Source of the DNA: Oopsacas minuta
Lineage: Eukaryota; Animalia; Porifera
Direction of reading: 5' to 3'
NCBI GenBank assembly: GCA_024704765.1
Contig: JAKMXF010000308.1
Span: forward strand, 62,001 to 126,000
DNA length: 64,000 nucleotides
How positions within the stretch are numbered: position 1 is the first letter of the stretch; each line of letters opens with the position of its first letter. The notes below the pieces were generated by a model. It saw nothing but the letters and a program-made list of their open reading frames with translations. It was not told where the DNA came from and made no database searches. The position numbers and the translations under genes were made by a program. Shown here piece by piece: positions 32,191 through 44,995 of the stretch.

Positions 32191-32999
32191 TCCAAGATAT
32201 TCCGACTCTAATATGTTGGGTGTCTGTGGTATTTCAGGGGCGTGTGAGTCGGTATGGTAGGTGCGGAGTCTGCCGCACAATTGATTGCCGATTTATATTA
32301 CTGTATTACAGATTTTGAGATGTGATGAATGCTTCACCAATTAGTTTTTAAATTCCTGCTAAATTATGTTAAATAATCCAAATATTATGTTTGTATTACA
32401 GAGATGGAACAAGCAGGTCAGCTTTCTTATGACCCGACCCGAAGATCAACAACCCCCCAATTTTGAATACTTAATTCAAAATTTGAGGGGCCTATCCCCA
32501 AACGTTTATTGGTACGTGTTTTCATACTTGCTAACTTGATTCATGAAAAAGCTGGACGCAATATGAATGCACTTAACATAGAATCTAGAAAAGCAGCTCA
32601 TCAAGGAGAAATATTATGTAAAAGCAAGGCCCCTCGTGAAAATTAGCTCGAAAAGGACCTCTAGCCCAAAACGTGACTATTGGTATGTAAGTATTTGCTA
32701 GTTAACTCACCAAGGGATTTATGTGTGATCAAAGAAATCATTCTTCTTAAGGATTTTACAGTGCTCTGTGATAGATCAGCTTCAACTTGGCAGTCACCTC
32801 TAGGTCCTGAGCTGGAATTGAATCATTTAATTCATTAGGACAAGTTAGGGCCTTCCATATTACTTGTGAGTTCTGATTAATACAGTCCTTATTAAATAAG
32901 ATATTTCCCAAAGTCGCTAGCCCACCTTCCCACGTGAAAACCACACTACTCGTTGTCCTGCGCATCCACACTCGATGCGCATGAGCACTCAACTTTTCA

Positions 33000-33168
33000 C
33001 TATATGCCTTGTCTTAGTATCTTTGATCAAAATCTCATTCTGCAGAAGAGTGTTATATCTCGAGGAGGAGAAATGCAAGTAATTAATCCTTACTTCTTCT
33101 ATATAGACAGAAATGAAAATATTCTAATTTCAGATGGTGCTTCTAATCCTATTTCTATTTTCAAATAG
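33000..33168 (+). pseudogene. NHL type A C-terminal fragment
   Basis: PCLSIFDQNLILQKSVISRG...PYFFYID matches the C-terminal blades of the 30633 protein. No 5' part is present. Confidence 0.75.
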
Positions 33169-33589
33169 CGATTTCTAGCTCTAAATTGATATGACATACC
33201 TAATCCTCGTTAGATCAATAGTTTGTGGGGTGTGGAATTTTGAATCAGGGCTTGAATCACTTTCTAAAAATTAATAGTGTTCAATTTTCACCAAAAGTAG
33301 GCCAAAATTAAATGAGTCGACATCCAGTGGACTAAAAAAAATTTTGCGGCTTTAGAAGAAATTCTGTACACAAACAGTAGTATATACTAAGTAATAAGAA
33401 CTAGACTAGCTCACTAATTGTATAAGAGTAATAACTTATAATAGAAATTACATTTGGCTTATAATGGTAACCATGAATCCTTACTTCGTAGATAATTATC
33501 AGGTATATGTCAGGGCGAACTAGGTCTGTAGCCAAATTTTCGGTCCGGCCGTCCTAACTAGTCCTCCCATGCCATACATAGAGCCACTT

Positions 33590-33742
33590 AAGGTTTGCAA
33601 TCGGAATTAGTTTTGATTCCCATTAATACAGAATTCTCTATGGGAATTCCTAGGATTTTCCTACGTCGGATTCTCATATGGGAATCGTTCCTATTTTTCC
33701 ACAAGATTCCCATATGATTCCTTCCCATTCCTAATGCAACCC
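33590..33742. mobile_element. Small GGAAT/ATTCC-rich MITE
   Basis: Imperfect termini AAGGTTTGCAATCGGAAT / ATTCCTAATGCAACCC. Internal GGGAATTCC motifs as in 43861-44145. Confidence 0.4.
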
Positions 33743-34269
33743 AGGCACGTCGCCACGGGGGAGCATAGGGGCAATGCCAGGACTCTCAACCTGAAAACTT
33801 ATATAATCGTGAGATTAGTGACGATTTCATCTTGAGATTTAATTCGGTATTATCTACTAAGAAGACACCTGAGATTTGATTGCATATGTGACCTCAGAAT
33901 TGTGTGATACATGAAGTGGTAATGAGATATTTTAGAGCCCTGTTACATGTTAGAACATTAATTCCCATTACGTTACTAGTTTCAATTAGGAAAACGATCA
34001 TTTAGTAATTCCACACAATATTATTATACCAATTGTCAAATTAGAAAAACAACTGAAAATCCTATAACAAACGAAACAAGATAAATGAAAAAGATTACAC
34101 AATTACACAATATATCAATTGTCTAAATAATCCCGGAAAATAAAATATTTATGGTAGTTTTTGAATAAATAATTTACTTATATAATTTATTGTAAGATCT
34201 GGTATCCTTTTTTGCCTTCTCAAGTATAATGTCAGAAGGTTTCCATTCAATTGGGCTATCAATATAGGT

Positions 34270-35950
34270 TTTGATCATCATTAATGATGACAGAGTGGCA
34301 TTTAACTGTAGAGAGCTTCTACTAGGGTTCTTGTTGTTATTGTAAGAGAAAATATTCTCTTTTCACCAGCATTTGAGTGAAGAATCGTCATTATAACTTC
34401 AGCAACCATAAAAAGCATGTCGAAATGGTAGTCGTTGTAACTCCATAGATAATGAACACGGCGTGGGTATACTTCTTCGTTAAGTTTGGTCTTGCCTTGA
34501 ATTACATCAAGAATATCTACATCCATCATCATTTGGTACGCTAAGAGTTGTTCTCGTAGTTGATCAATGTTAATTTGAGTAAAACCTCTGGGTAGTGATA
34601 TATGAGAACTATACAGATGAGAAATTATTCTTCATTCTATGTCCAAAGTCAATCCAAGTAAAATGGATAAGGAACTCAACCTGCAGAGGCACCACTTTAG
34701 AAGATATTCTGTCGCCCGAATGAAGAAATCCTTGGCTGCTGAAAATATATATCGCACTGTCTCTCAGAGACATAACCAGACTCCAGAAGTTGTTGTGACC
34801 TCTGTTTCGTGGTGAATCCAATTACCAAATAGTGATCGTCAACAGGGGTCTTGAAATCTACCGAAAATAAGTCATCATTTCTATAGTGAATTGCAAGAAC
34901 AGAGGGTTTGACAAATTTTGCTAGAATTTCTTGAGGAAATTGTGTAATTGGGGTTGTAATACTTAAATATGTGGTCCGTCACGCTGTAAAAATTTCTTCA
35001 CATGAGAAAAAATTGGAAACATAGACTGAAGAAATAAGAGATGTATCTCTGCCACTGGGTCACTAAAAATTTTCTGAAGCCTTATGAGTCAGGCTGTGAT
35101 TCGCTTCCGGATAGAAAGTATGACTTAAGAGACTGAAACTGCTTTAAGCTTCGTTCAACAGCTACTTTTAGGCTCAGCCACCTCGTGGAAATATGTTTGA
35201 TAATGGCTCTGTATTATTGCTCACAAAATGAACGAAGCTCATTTTTACGTTTAGTAGACTTATCGAACCAGTGATATATGTCTAGAGTAACTCTTCTACA
35301 ACAAATTTGCATCTCTTGGCAAAGCTATTTGCTACTTTCTGTGAAGCATTATGTATTATATGGCATGGACAGCCATTGAAATAAACAGCAGCATTTCTTT
35401 CTAAAATCTTTACTTTGAGCGATTCCTTAATACCAATATTGACAGAGGTGTTATCCACCCCAACAGAAGTACATAAAACGAAATGGATTAGTAGTATTGC
35501 CCAGAAGTTCTACCATTTTTTGATCGAGTACAGAATAGATCCCTTCGGCAGTCGCACTTGATGAAGTACACATGTCTAAAAATCGGGTTACTATCCTTCT
35601 AATATCTACATCAAATATTCTGATAGTAATCGGGTTAATTTTTCAGGTCCAGAACATTTGAGCATTTGAAAACACATTCCGAATAATGACTTATAGATAG
35701 CACATCATGAAATGCAAGTGGAACATCACAACTAGTAGTTAAGACTGCCATCCTTACCTCAACCTCTGTTCTCTTCAGATTATCATTTGGAGATGTGCTG
35801 CTGAAAATTAGCCGAGGCTGAGACATCGCGGCTTTGGCTTGATTTCGATCACTTCGAGTAATAGAATGCTTGATAATATCCTGTTTCCTCATATGATGCA
35901 TTAATCTTCTTGTCCCAAATGTTACAACAAAACATATATGGATCCCCACG
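34270..35950 (-). mobile_element. Decayed hAT-superfamily transposase remnant
   Basis: Fragmented frames including EVRMAVLTTSCDVPLAFHD and HSNAGEKRIFSL (the hAT C-terminal SNA..ER.FS motif). Many stops. Confidence 0.6.
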
Positions 35951-37234
35951 AAACGAATGGAAATTCTTTTCCATGATCGTTTAAATTATTCTGTAAGTAG
36001 CTGCTCCACATAGCTTTCTAGGTTTTTCGGGTGATTAGGCAAGACTCTTCATGTGTCATGTGAGTCTTCACATTCTGAAGTATTGATTTGGTGACCAAAT
36101 CCAGTAATTCTATGACTTGGAGTCGCCATCAGAGGTAGGGCATAAGTATCTTTCGATCATTGATCGCGATCTGTTTTGACTATCGGAGGATGATCGCTGA
36201 TCATTATATAAACAGTGCAGTGTTCGAATGCAAGATTGGGATCATTTTTCCCGAAAATAGTCGATCTTTTTAGGCAGACGGAATTTGAAAATTTGCGAAT
36301 CTAGACCCCAAAATGTATATAAAATCGGACTCTACGCACCCAATTAACCCTGATAACATGTTGAAATCTAATCTCTAGCTTGCTTTAGTATTTTACATAG
36401 TAAGGTGTGAAACAGTCACTTTAGAAAAAATTCAGCCCCGAAATTCATAGCGGCTACATGAAAGCTTTCCCCTCCTAATTCCCATTACAATTGGGGGGAC
36501 TCTTTATAGTGGTTACCTGCTCAATGCGTACAGTGACGTACTTGTCCACTGTCCTGCTTTTGACAGGACGTCCCGATTTATTGGTCATGTAATTAAAAAA
36601 GTTGTGTTGAGTACTGGAGGGTAAATAATCGTAAACATCGATATAGTGATGATTCAGGTTGTATCATTGTAATCATTAAATTGTTGTTACACTCCAACTG
36701 ATCCTGTGGTACATGACCCCTCACTAACCTGAAATACACTATCTAGTCTTAAAATATATCATGACCAGTATCGAGTGTAACAAAAGTACTAAAAATGTGA
36801 TAAATAAGGCAATAATGGGTCAATAATAGTTAATCCTTAAAGCATCTCCATTTGTGTTTAGGGGCGCGGGGCTAACGTTTTCAAGAAGATTTCTAAGAAA
36901 TAGCTTAACTTTAATGAGGAGCGCTCTCATCCTACTTCGTTTTTTGGCAAAACATCACCGTGCATCTCCCTAAAGGAGAGGAACTAATGATATCTGAATT
37001 ATGGGGAATATTGTATCGAGGTTTTAGATTAGCAATTTGACGTTAATCTCAAAACTAGAAATCGGGCGATAGTGCGGGCTTATAGCGTCGTTATAACATG
37101 AAGGCAACCACCATAAGAGGTGAAATAATAACAAGGAATAAGATATAATATGGGGAGAATATAGTTGGTTCAAATGTAACAAATGAGTTATTCAAAAAGG
37201 ATATATGAATGAGTGGATGAATAATAGTAAAATA

Positions 37235-37319
37235 CAGTGAAACTTCGTTAATATGTACTCCGGATAAGGAGTACAAATCTCGACGGTCCCTTGGTGTACG
37301 TATTATCGAGGTTCTACTG
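37235..37319. mobile_element. 85-bp Tc1/mariner (pogo/Tigger-like) MITE
   Basis: TIR CAGTGAAACTTCG / CGAGGTTCTACTG flanked by TA. Absent from the paralogous arm near 40290. Confidence 0.8.
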
Positions 37320-37330
37320 TAGAAAAATTA

Positions 37331-38179
37331 TCAACAAAAATTGAGACGATATAGACCTCCATTACAAACTACAATAACTCTTCCTCTATTATCTACTGTA
37401 ATACCGGTAGGAAAAGCTATAGATATTTTATGTATCAATTCTAATTGAGAGTTGAAAATAGAAATAGAGTTAGAAAAAAAATCTGTAATAAGAATATTGT
37501 TAGAATTGTCGATATAGAAAAAGCTTGGAGAATTCAACTGTAATCTATCTCCTCTAGAAAAAAAACTCTTTTGTAGAATAAGATTGTAGTTGTACAGATG
37601 AAGACAAGGATTTGATTCATCTAGAATAATAATGAATTCTTTTGTAAGTTTAACATCTACAGGGTATTCGAGGTTATCTTGTCCAAACTGTGTCTTATAG
37701 GTAAGTTCTTTGGACAGTATCTGAATACGATTATTATTAGTATCACATATGTATAACTCTCCGTTAGATTCATCAAATGCCAGATTATTAGGATCATAAA
37801 ATTCAAATTGTCCTTTCCCAGGTTTCCCTATTCTAGAAATAAACTTTCCATCAACTTGATAGTTCAGAATACAGTTGCCTCTATGTGGAATTAGAATTCT
37901 ATCTCTACATATAGCTAACCCATTTGGACGAAACATCTTCCCTTCTCCTTCCTCATCTCCAAATTTAAACATAATCTTACCATTACAATCGAATACTTTT
38001 ACACAATTATTCCCATAATCTGTTACATAGATATCTCCTGTAGTATTATCAATAGTTACTCCTTTAGGTCCGCTAAGATTTTCTAGCCCCTTTCCCCATA
38101 TACAAACACTGACTATAGGTTGTATCTTGCTCTTATAGTCGACAGAGAATATTCTCTCCAAAGGATTAGTTGTAGCCAT
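37331..38179 (-). CDS. NHL-repeat beta-propeller protein, type A, copy 2 (intact)
   Basis: ATG 38179 (MATTNPLERIFSVDY). NHL repeats collinear with copy 1. Confidence 0.9.
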   Translation of the reverse strand: MATTNPLERIFSVDYKSKIQPIVSVCIWGKGLENLSGPKGVTIDNTTGDIYVTDYGNNCVKVFDCNGKIMFKFGDEEGEGKMFRPNGLAICRDRILIPHRGNCILNYQVDGKFISRIGKPGKGQFEFYDPNNLAFDESNGELYICDTNNNRIQILSKELTYKTQFGQDNLEYPVDVKLTKEFIIILDESNPCLHLYNYNLILQKSFFSRGDRLQLNSPSFFYIDNSNNILITDFFSNSISIFNSQLELIHKISIAFPTGITVDNRGRVIVVCNGGLYRLNFC

Positions 38180-39433
38180 TAGCTCAGTTCTGTAACTAGA
38201 GTGACAATTCAAATAATATAACTTATCTATTTGACTATAAGTAATGAGCTCTAACTATAAATACAAATCAACACAAAGACCTATACAGAGAGATATCAAA
38301 TTTCTATATTAAATGAATTTCAATAGAATACAGTCGATTCCGCCATGCTCTGACATTCTTATATTTAATCGTTAAAGTATGTCAGGGCGAATTAGATCTC
38401 TCATCATAAAGGGCGGGTAAGTATGACGCATTTTCAAGTTTCTCATATGTAATTTATTGTTTTTATGAATATAAAGTAAACAAATTTCAAAATTGTGGTA
38501 GAAACATGCTTTCAATGGTTATACTTAGGTATACGAGTATGCTGAGTCCGAATATGGTATTGTAAACAACATATTGTGAATATTTGGTTACTCTTAGGTA
38601 CAGTACATCCTCGATTATCCGAACACCCTCGTCATAAACTTTCCATTTTTGGTGTTCGGATAACTGAAATTGTGTATTTTCCTATATGAAATTCACAACT
38701 CAGGCATATTTGAAATTTTGAACTTGTAATTTGTATATTTGACTGCATATTTATTACACTTTTGGGCTAAAATGGTCACACGCTGCATTTATCAGACAAA
38801 AATACTTTGCATTTGTCAGACAGATGTTTCTAATTGCTGATTATATGTGTTTTGCTCACTATTCTTACTGTTGTGAAGAGATTTTGCTTCGAATTAGTGT
38901 AATAACTTGTCCTGGATGTTATCTAGATGTCTTACTACCCAATGGTTGTTTATGAATATTTGGACAAACAGAATTCTGACAAATGCATACAGCTAGTCTG
39001 GCAAATAAGTACTAAAGAAATTCTGTCAAATGCATGCGCCTCATCCTTTCCATTACGAACGTAACACTTCGGCCGTGATCGGTTATCTAACTCCATATTA
39101 TAATGTTACAGAACTAATTGGAGACTTTGATGGAGATGATAATTTTGTATTAGAATTGAGTCGAACGTATGGCATTAGTACGGCCGGACAGAATATTCCG
39201 CGACTGATCTAGTGCGCCCTTACTTATTCTTTGACAATAAAATATAAGAATGTTAAAGCATGGCGGAATATGCTGTATTCTATTTAACATTCATTTAATA
39301 TAGAAATTTGATATCTCTCTGTATAGGTGTCTATGTTGATTTGTATTTATATTAGAGCTCATTACTTATGGCCAAATAGATAAGTTATATTATTTGAATT
39401 GTTAATAATTATTCTAGTATCAGAACTGAACTA

Positions 39434-40285
39434 ATGGCTACAGCTAATCCTTTGGAGAGAATATTTCTGTAGACTATAAGAGTAAGATACAACCTATAGC
39501 CAGTGTTTGTAAATCGGGAGATGGGCTAGAAAATCTTGATAATCCACAAGGAGTAACTCTCGATAATACTACAGGAGATATATATATATATAGCTGATTG
39601 GGGAGATGGTTGTGTGAAAGTATTCGATAATAATGTATTTTTTATATTTAAATTTGGAGATAAGGAAGGAGAAGGAGAGATGTATCGTCCAACTGGGTGA
39701 GCATTATGTAGAGATAGAATTCTAATTCCACAAAGTAGCAACTGTATTCTGAAATATCGAGTGAATGGAGAGTTTGTTTCTAGAATAGGCAAACCTGGGA
39801 AAAGAGAATTTGAATTTGAATATCCTCGTGGTCTGACATTTGCTGAATCTAACGGAGAGGTAACATATGTGATACTAATAATAATCGTATTCAGATACTG
39901 CCCAAGGAACTTACCTACAAGTCAAAGTTTGGACTAGGTAACCTCAACTCTCCTGTTGATGTTAAACTTACAAAAGATTGTTTTATTATTCTAGATCAAT
40001 ATAATCCTTGTCTTCATCTGTACAACTACAATCTTATCCTACATAAGAGTATTATTTCTAGAGGAGATGGATTACAGCTGAAGAATCCATGGTACTTCTG
40101 CATTGACTCTTCTAACAATATTCTTATTACAGATATTTTTTCTAACTCTATTTCTATTTTAAACTCGCAATTAGAATTGATACACAAGATTTCATTAACT
40201 AATCCCACCGATATTACAGTAGATAATAGAGGAAGAGTTATTGTAGTTTGTATTGGAGGTCTACATTGTCTCAATATATTTTGAT
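39434..40285 (+). pseudogene. NHL type A copy 3, pseudogene
   Basis: Same ATG context as copies 1 and 2, but with an early 1-nt deletion (ATATTTCTGTAG), an AT-dinucleotide expansion at about 39577-39592 and an in-frame TGA. Confidence 0.88.
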
Positions 40286-41074
40286 AATTTTCTATTTTAC
40301 CAGTATACTTACACTCCTTTATTTTTCCTTTAGATAACTACTTTAACATTTGAACAAACTATACTCTTCCCATATTATATATTATTCCTTATTGTTATTT
40401 CACCTTTTATTGAGATTCACTTTATGGTATAACGACGGAAAAAGCTCGCACTATCCTTCTAATTCTAGTTATGCGATTAACGTCAAATTACTAATCTAAA
40501 ACCTCGATGCGATATTCCCCATAATTCAGATATCATTAGTTCCTCTCCTTTAGGGAGATGCACAGTGGTGGTTTGCCAAAGAACGAAGCGGGATGAGGGC
40601 GGTCCCCATTATAGTTAAGCATAGCCTAGGTCTCAACTCACAAGGTTTCAATAATCCAGTAATTAATTTAGTGAACATTACGTCGGTACAGGAGGTGATT
40701 TGAGATTTTTACTATGATTCATATATAGCCATATTTAATACTCCATGAAGTATGTAATAAGCGGACTACAGTTACTACAATGTACTTTAACATTACAAAA
40801 TAGATACATTAATAATGCAATCTTCAAATGTATAAATGTTTCTTTAACAAAATTGAGAAACGCACAGCTTCAGATATGAAAACTTATCTATCACAAGAAA
40901 ACATCGAATAATAAAATAAAATAATATGCATTATTACTATTAATTTTATTGAGAAGATTAAATTACAAAGCAAGAAAACAAGTAACAAATTATAGGCTAC
41001 AAAATGTAATTTACATTTTACAAGTACGTATGAAATAAATTTTAAAGAAACTATTCACCATATTTACCAGAAAT

Positions 41075-42667
41075 ATGTCTCCAGAAAAAGACTCACTTTT
41101 TTCAAAATATAAGTGGGTTTTGAATGAAATAAAATTCTTGAATGTGGTAGGTTGGCCGACTGCAATAGGATTTTTCAGCGATGCTTTACAAATTCAAATA
41201 AGTACAGTTTTGGTGGGTCATTCATCGTCTACAAACATCAAACAATTACTGAATGGTTTATTCGTCGGACAGTCTATCTATGTAATAACCTCTCTGATCA
41301 TTCTACAAGGGCTTACAACTGGCATGACTGCGTTATGTGCACAAGCATTTGGCTCTAGTAATAGTGCAACAGCTGGAATATATTTCTACCGTGCTTTCCT
41401 ACTGGCCATTCTAACATGTTTCCCTATTTGGGCATTCTGGATAAAAGTGGAGGATATTTCTATGTATCTGTTAGGCGATGCTCTAGAGGCCCGTTACGCT
41501 GGGCAATACACAACAATTATAGCATTTGGATACCCGGCCAACTTGTACTACAGACTGACATATGGGTTCCTGCAGGCACAACAAAAGGTATTTGTAACTA
41601 CACTATTTTTCCTGTTTTCTACCTTCTTGAACCTTATCCTGCAATATATATCTATTTTCATATTAGAGCTAGAAGCTCTTGGTGTTGCGATGGCTTATGT
41701 TGCTAGTGTTAATTTCGTAGCACTACAATTCTATATTTATATTCGTTTCATAAATATCCACAATATTATGCCTTCATTCTGGACACTAGAGGTACTAGAT
41801 GGATGGATGCACTTCTTTAACTATGGCATAGCTGGTATGTTACAATTTGTAGTTGATACGGTGGAGCGTAGGATTATCCCCATCCTAGTCATAGGTACAT
41901 TAGCGGGGGATACTATTCAACTGGCTGTGTACACTATACTGAATGTATTTTGGTTTTTGTTAGCAACTTTAACGCTTGGTTTGAGCACAGCTGTGACTGT
42001 GCGTGTGGGGGGACTATTGGGAGAGGAGAAACCTAATCTGTCGAAGCGGGCAGCTACCCTGAGCCTCGTTGTAGCCACAATCTTCTTTTTAGGTGTTGGT
42101 GCACTATTGTTAATTCTGTCACCTTGGATGGGTTATCTATTCACTTCAGAATTGGAGCTCACTTCTAGACTACCACTTGCATTCAAGGTGCTAGGCTGTG
42201 TTATAATTGGAGATATATGCTACATCATTAGAGGTGTTATGAATGGTTGTGGACAACAGAACATAAACACTGTTATAAACATTGTCTGCATAATTATAAT
42301 TGGTGGCTCTTTAGAATTTGTAGCTGGGTATTACCTGGAATGGCGTGCAGCTGCTTGTTACCTAATGATGGGGATTGTAATGGTTCTATCTGCTGTGATA
42401 AATTTGTTTGTTATTTATTGCGCAGACTGGAATAGATTGAGTAGAAATATTATTAAGAATTTGGCTGTTAGAAATGTATTTGCATCTGGAACTCAAAATG
42501 ATACACAAGATGTAGTTAATTACCAATCTATTGAGAATCTATTGAGCAGTCAAGAAGACAACAATTATGCTAATAAATACCGCAATAAATTTATACGTTT
42601 GTTGTTTAGATATTTTTGTTGTCTTCTAGTTGGAGGTATCGTATTTGTGTTTGCTGTTGTTTACTAG
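41075..42667 (+). CDS. MATE family (SLC47-like) multidrug and toxin extrusion transporter
   Basis: About 12-13 hydrophobic segments, with MATE motifs GLTTGMTALCAQAFGS, TAVTVRVGGLLGE and IRGVMNGCGQQ. Confidence 0.92.
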   Translation: MSPEKDSLFSKYKWVLNEIKFLNVVGWPTAIGFFSDALQIQISTVLVGHSSSTNIKQLLNGLFVGQSIYVITSLIILQGLTTGMTALCAQAFGSSNSATAGIYFYRAFLLAILTCFPIWAFWIKVEDISMYLLGDALEARYAGQYTTIIAFGYPANLYYRLTYGFLQAQQKVFVTTLFFLFSTFLNLILQYISIFILELEALGVAMAYVASVNFVALQFYIYIRFINIHNIMPSFWTLEVLDGWMHFFNYGIAGMLQFVVDTVERRIIPILVIGTLAGDTIQLAVYTILNVFWFLLATLTLGLSTAVTVRVGGLLGEEKPNLSKRAATLSLVVATIFFLGVGALLLILSPWMGYLFTSELELTSRLPLAFKVLGCVIIGDICYIIRGVMNGCGQQNINTVINIVCIIIIGGSLEFVAGYYLEWRAAACYLMMGIVMVLSAVINLFVIYCADWNRLSRNIIKNLAVRNVFASGTQNDTQDVVNYQSIENLLSSQEDNNYANKYRNKFIRLLFRYFCCLLVGGIVFVFAVVY

Positions 42668-42867
42668 AATATATTTATGATCATAGTAACCTTTCCTATT
42701 TCAATACAATAGTACGTATGTTACAGATTACCTATTCATTTTGTGCTGTATTTAATCAATATTATTAAATTGCAAAGCTGGACACTAAACCGTTATTCCG
42801 CAAATCGTTAATTCACGAATATAAATTTCATTAACGGACTAACTAACTTCCGTTACAAGTCCGTTAA

Positions 42868-43163
42868 GGCTACTGTAGTTCTGGCTACTGTAGTTCTGGC
42901 TACTGTAGTTCTGGCTACTGTAGTTCTGGCTACTGTAGTTCTGGCTACTGTAGTCCTGGCTACTGTAGTTCTGGCTACTGTAGTTCTGGCTACTGTAGTT
43001 CTGGCTACTGTAGTTCTGGCTACTGTAGTCCTGGCTACTGTAGTTCTGGCTACTGTAGTCCTGGCTACTGTAGTTCTGGCTACTGTAGTTCTGGCTACTG
43101 TAGTTCTGGCTACTGTAGTTCTGGCTACTGTAGTTCTGGCTACTGTAGTTCTGGCTGTTCTGG
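42868..43163. repeat. 15-bp minisatellite (GGCTACTGTAGTTCT) x19 plus a partial unit
   Basis: 19 units span 42868-43152; three carry the GTCCT variant. Confidence 0.97.
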
Positions 43164-43860
43164 TATTTCTATTAAACATATGTAGTACAAATATTTTGTA
43201 ATTTTTTTAATAAAGTCTTACATGGGTAGAATTTCCTATTTTTTACGAATTAAAATATATGCCGAAGGTGTGAAATATCATAAATTATATGATATATCAT
43301 GGAGCTATAGGTTTGAAAACGTCAAAATTGGAATTTTCATACTAGATAATCACTAACTAGACGTTGAAACGAAATCTCTAACAACTATTTGAAATATATG
43401 CAAAATGTGTGAAAATATGATTAATCATATGAAAAGTAATTTTACAACTTTTGAAATACAAAAGATTTTTGAGAAGGTAATTATAAAATATCCTAATTTG
43501 TAGCATAGTCAAATGAGGCATAAATTTCACTAAAAATTTATTCTAGAGGGCTGTTCCCCCAGTCGGGGCCGTAGCAAGCAGTTTTCTATTGGTAAGCGTA
43601 ACCTATACAAAGAATTATTCGAGTCTACCATCGTATTGACAGAGTGGGGTCAGAAGTGTCCAAAACTTTTGTCGTATTGAAGGAGTAGGATAAAAATGAC
43701 CCCTAAATATGTGGGGTCTATATTGACCCCATATAGTTCACGTAATGTTTTAATTAATACAGAATTAGCTAATATACAGTCAGACCCTATAGATAATCCT
43801 AAGCTTTCTCTCAAGTGGATATACACCAATCAGAGGAACAAATTAAAGATACAATGCAAG

Positions 43861-44145
43861 CAGGGTTCCCATTCACATCCCATCCCACAGGATTTCTGTG
43901 AGAATCCTATGAAAATCCCATGAGAATTCCCACGTGTGAATCTTGAAATTCCATATGGAATCCAATGGGAATTCCAAATCCTATAGGGTATCTTATAATA
44001 TCTACTTTTGATTTTGAATGTCTTCCACAATATATTTTCCAATTCAAATACCCAGCATAGTAGTATATCTCTTGAATCCTCTAAAATGGGAATCCTGTAG
44101 GAATTCTCACTTGGGAATTCCCATCCCATTCCCACAGCAACTCTG
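43861..44145. mobile_element. hAT-type MITE
   Basis: Termini CAGGGTT / AACTCTG, 8-bp TSD AATGCAAG/AATGCAAA, and GGGAAT/ATTCCC subterminal repeats. Confidence 0.8.
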
Positions 44146-44182
44146 AATGCAAATCATGAAATCAAAATTTCCTTATAAGTTT

Positions 44183-44995
44183 CCCTAATCCACGTGAGGG
44201 AACGGACGAGTTTTCTTCATGAAATTTCAATTTTGTTGTTTGTTAGGTCATGTAAAGTAATATACTTTTATTCATCCCCGTCCGTCCAAATTTTGTCCCC
44301 CTTCCGGGAAGATTTTTTCGCATTTTTTCCAAATTTATAGATAATTCTTTGGCCACAGATTGTACAATCCACATTTTACTACTTGTATAGTTGAAAAATT
44401 CAATATTATTATGCACAGACAGAATCTGATGAGATAATCGAAAGGTCAAATTATTTTACACATTAACTGGCCTATAAAAATAAAAATAAAACACCCCCCG
44501 CTGTTCCAGTTTTCGAAGGAATTCCGGATGAGAAACAAGTAATTTATTTAACATAGCCCTACATATTAACCTTGCAAATCACATAATTTTTATCATGACG
44601 ATTGTCAAGCATTTGTTTGACTTATCACGTTTGTGATCATCTATCTTCTCATTTTTGCAGCGAAATAAAAAAATCTAGTAATACCTCATGGACAACTTTT
44701 CATCATTCTAATCGCGAATATTTTATGAATCACCTTTCGATTGGATACTTACCTCCCTTTGACCAAGAAAAGTAAATCTAAAATTAGAGAGGGAAAGTTT
44801 ATAGGTGCTATTACTTGAATTGGTACAAATGGATGCAAATTTGACATATTGATTTCCATCGACGTGAAATGTCATTACAAATCTTGACTACTGTCATTCT
44901 ACACTATTCTCTGATTTTCGAGGTCAAAAATGTGTCTAGCGACAAAATTCAAATTTCTTCAAGAAAAACTTGTCGTTCCGTTCCGTGAATTAGGG
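44183..44995. mobile_element. TIR element with imperfect TIRs of about 55 bp, unclassified
   Basis: CCCTAATCCACG..GAACGGACGAGTTTTCTTCATGAAATTTCAATTTTGT mirrors the right end. No TSD is visible and about 36 nt of the host gene are missing at the junction. Confidence 0.7.

Larger units (their letters stand above)
36901..40622. repeat. Large inverted duplication (arms about 36901-38368 and 39238-40622) carrying head-to-head NHL genes
   Basis: Reverse-complement similarity across the promoter, CDS and 3' flank; for example 36901-37060 versus 40461-40622. Confidence 0.9.

Noticed and set aside
42868-43152. CRISPR-like array
   Set aside because: Units are head-to-tail with no spacers, there are no cas genes, and the context is eukaryotic.
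42853-43179. 108-aa ORF of (TTVAR)n repeats
   Set aside because: It is a by-product of a stop-free 15-bp minisatellite; there is no unique coding sequence or other support.
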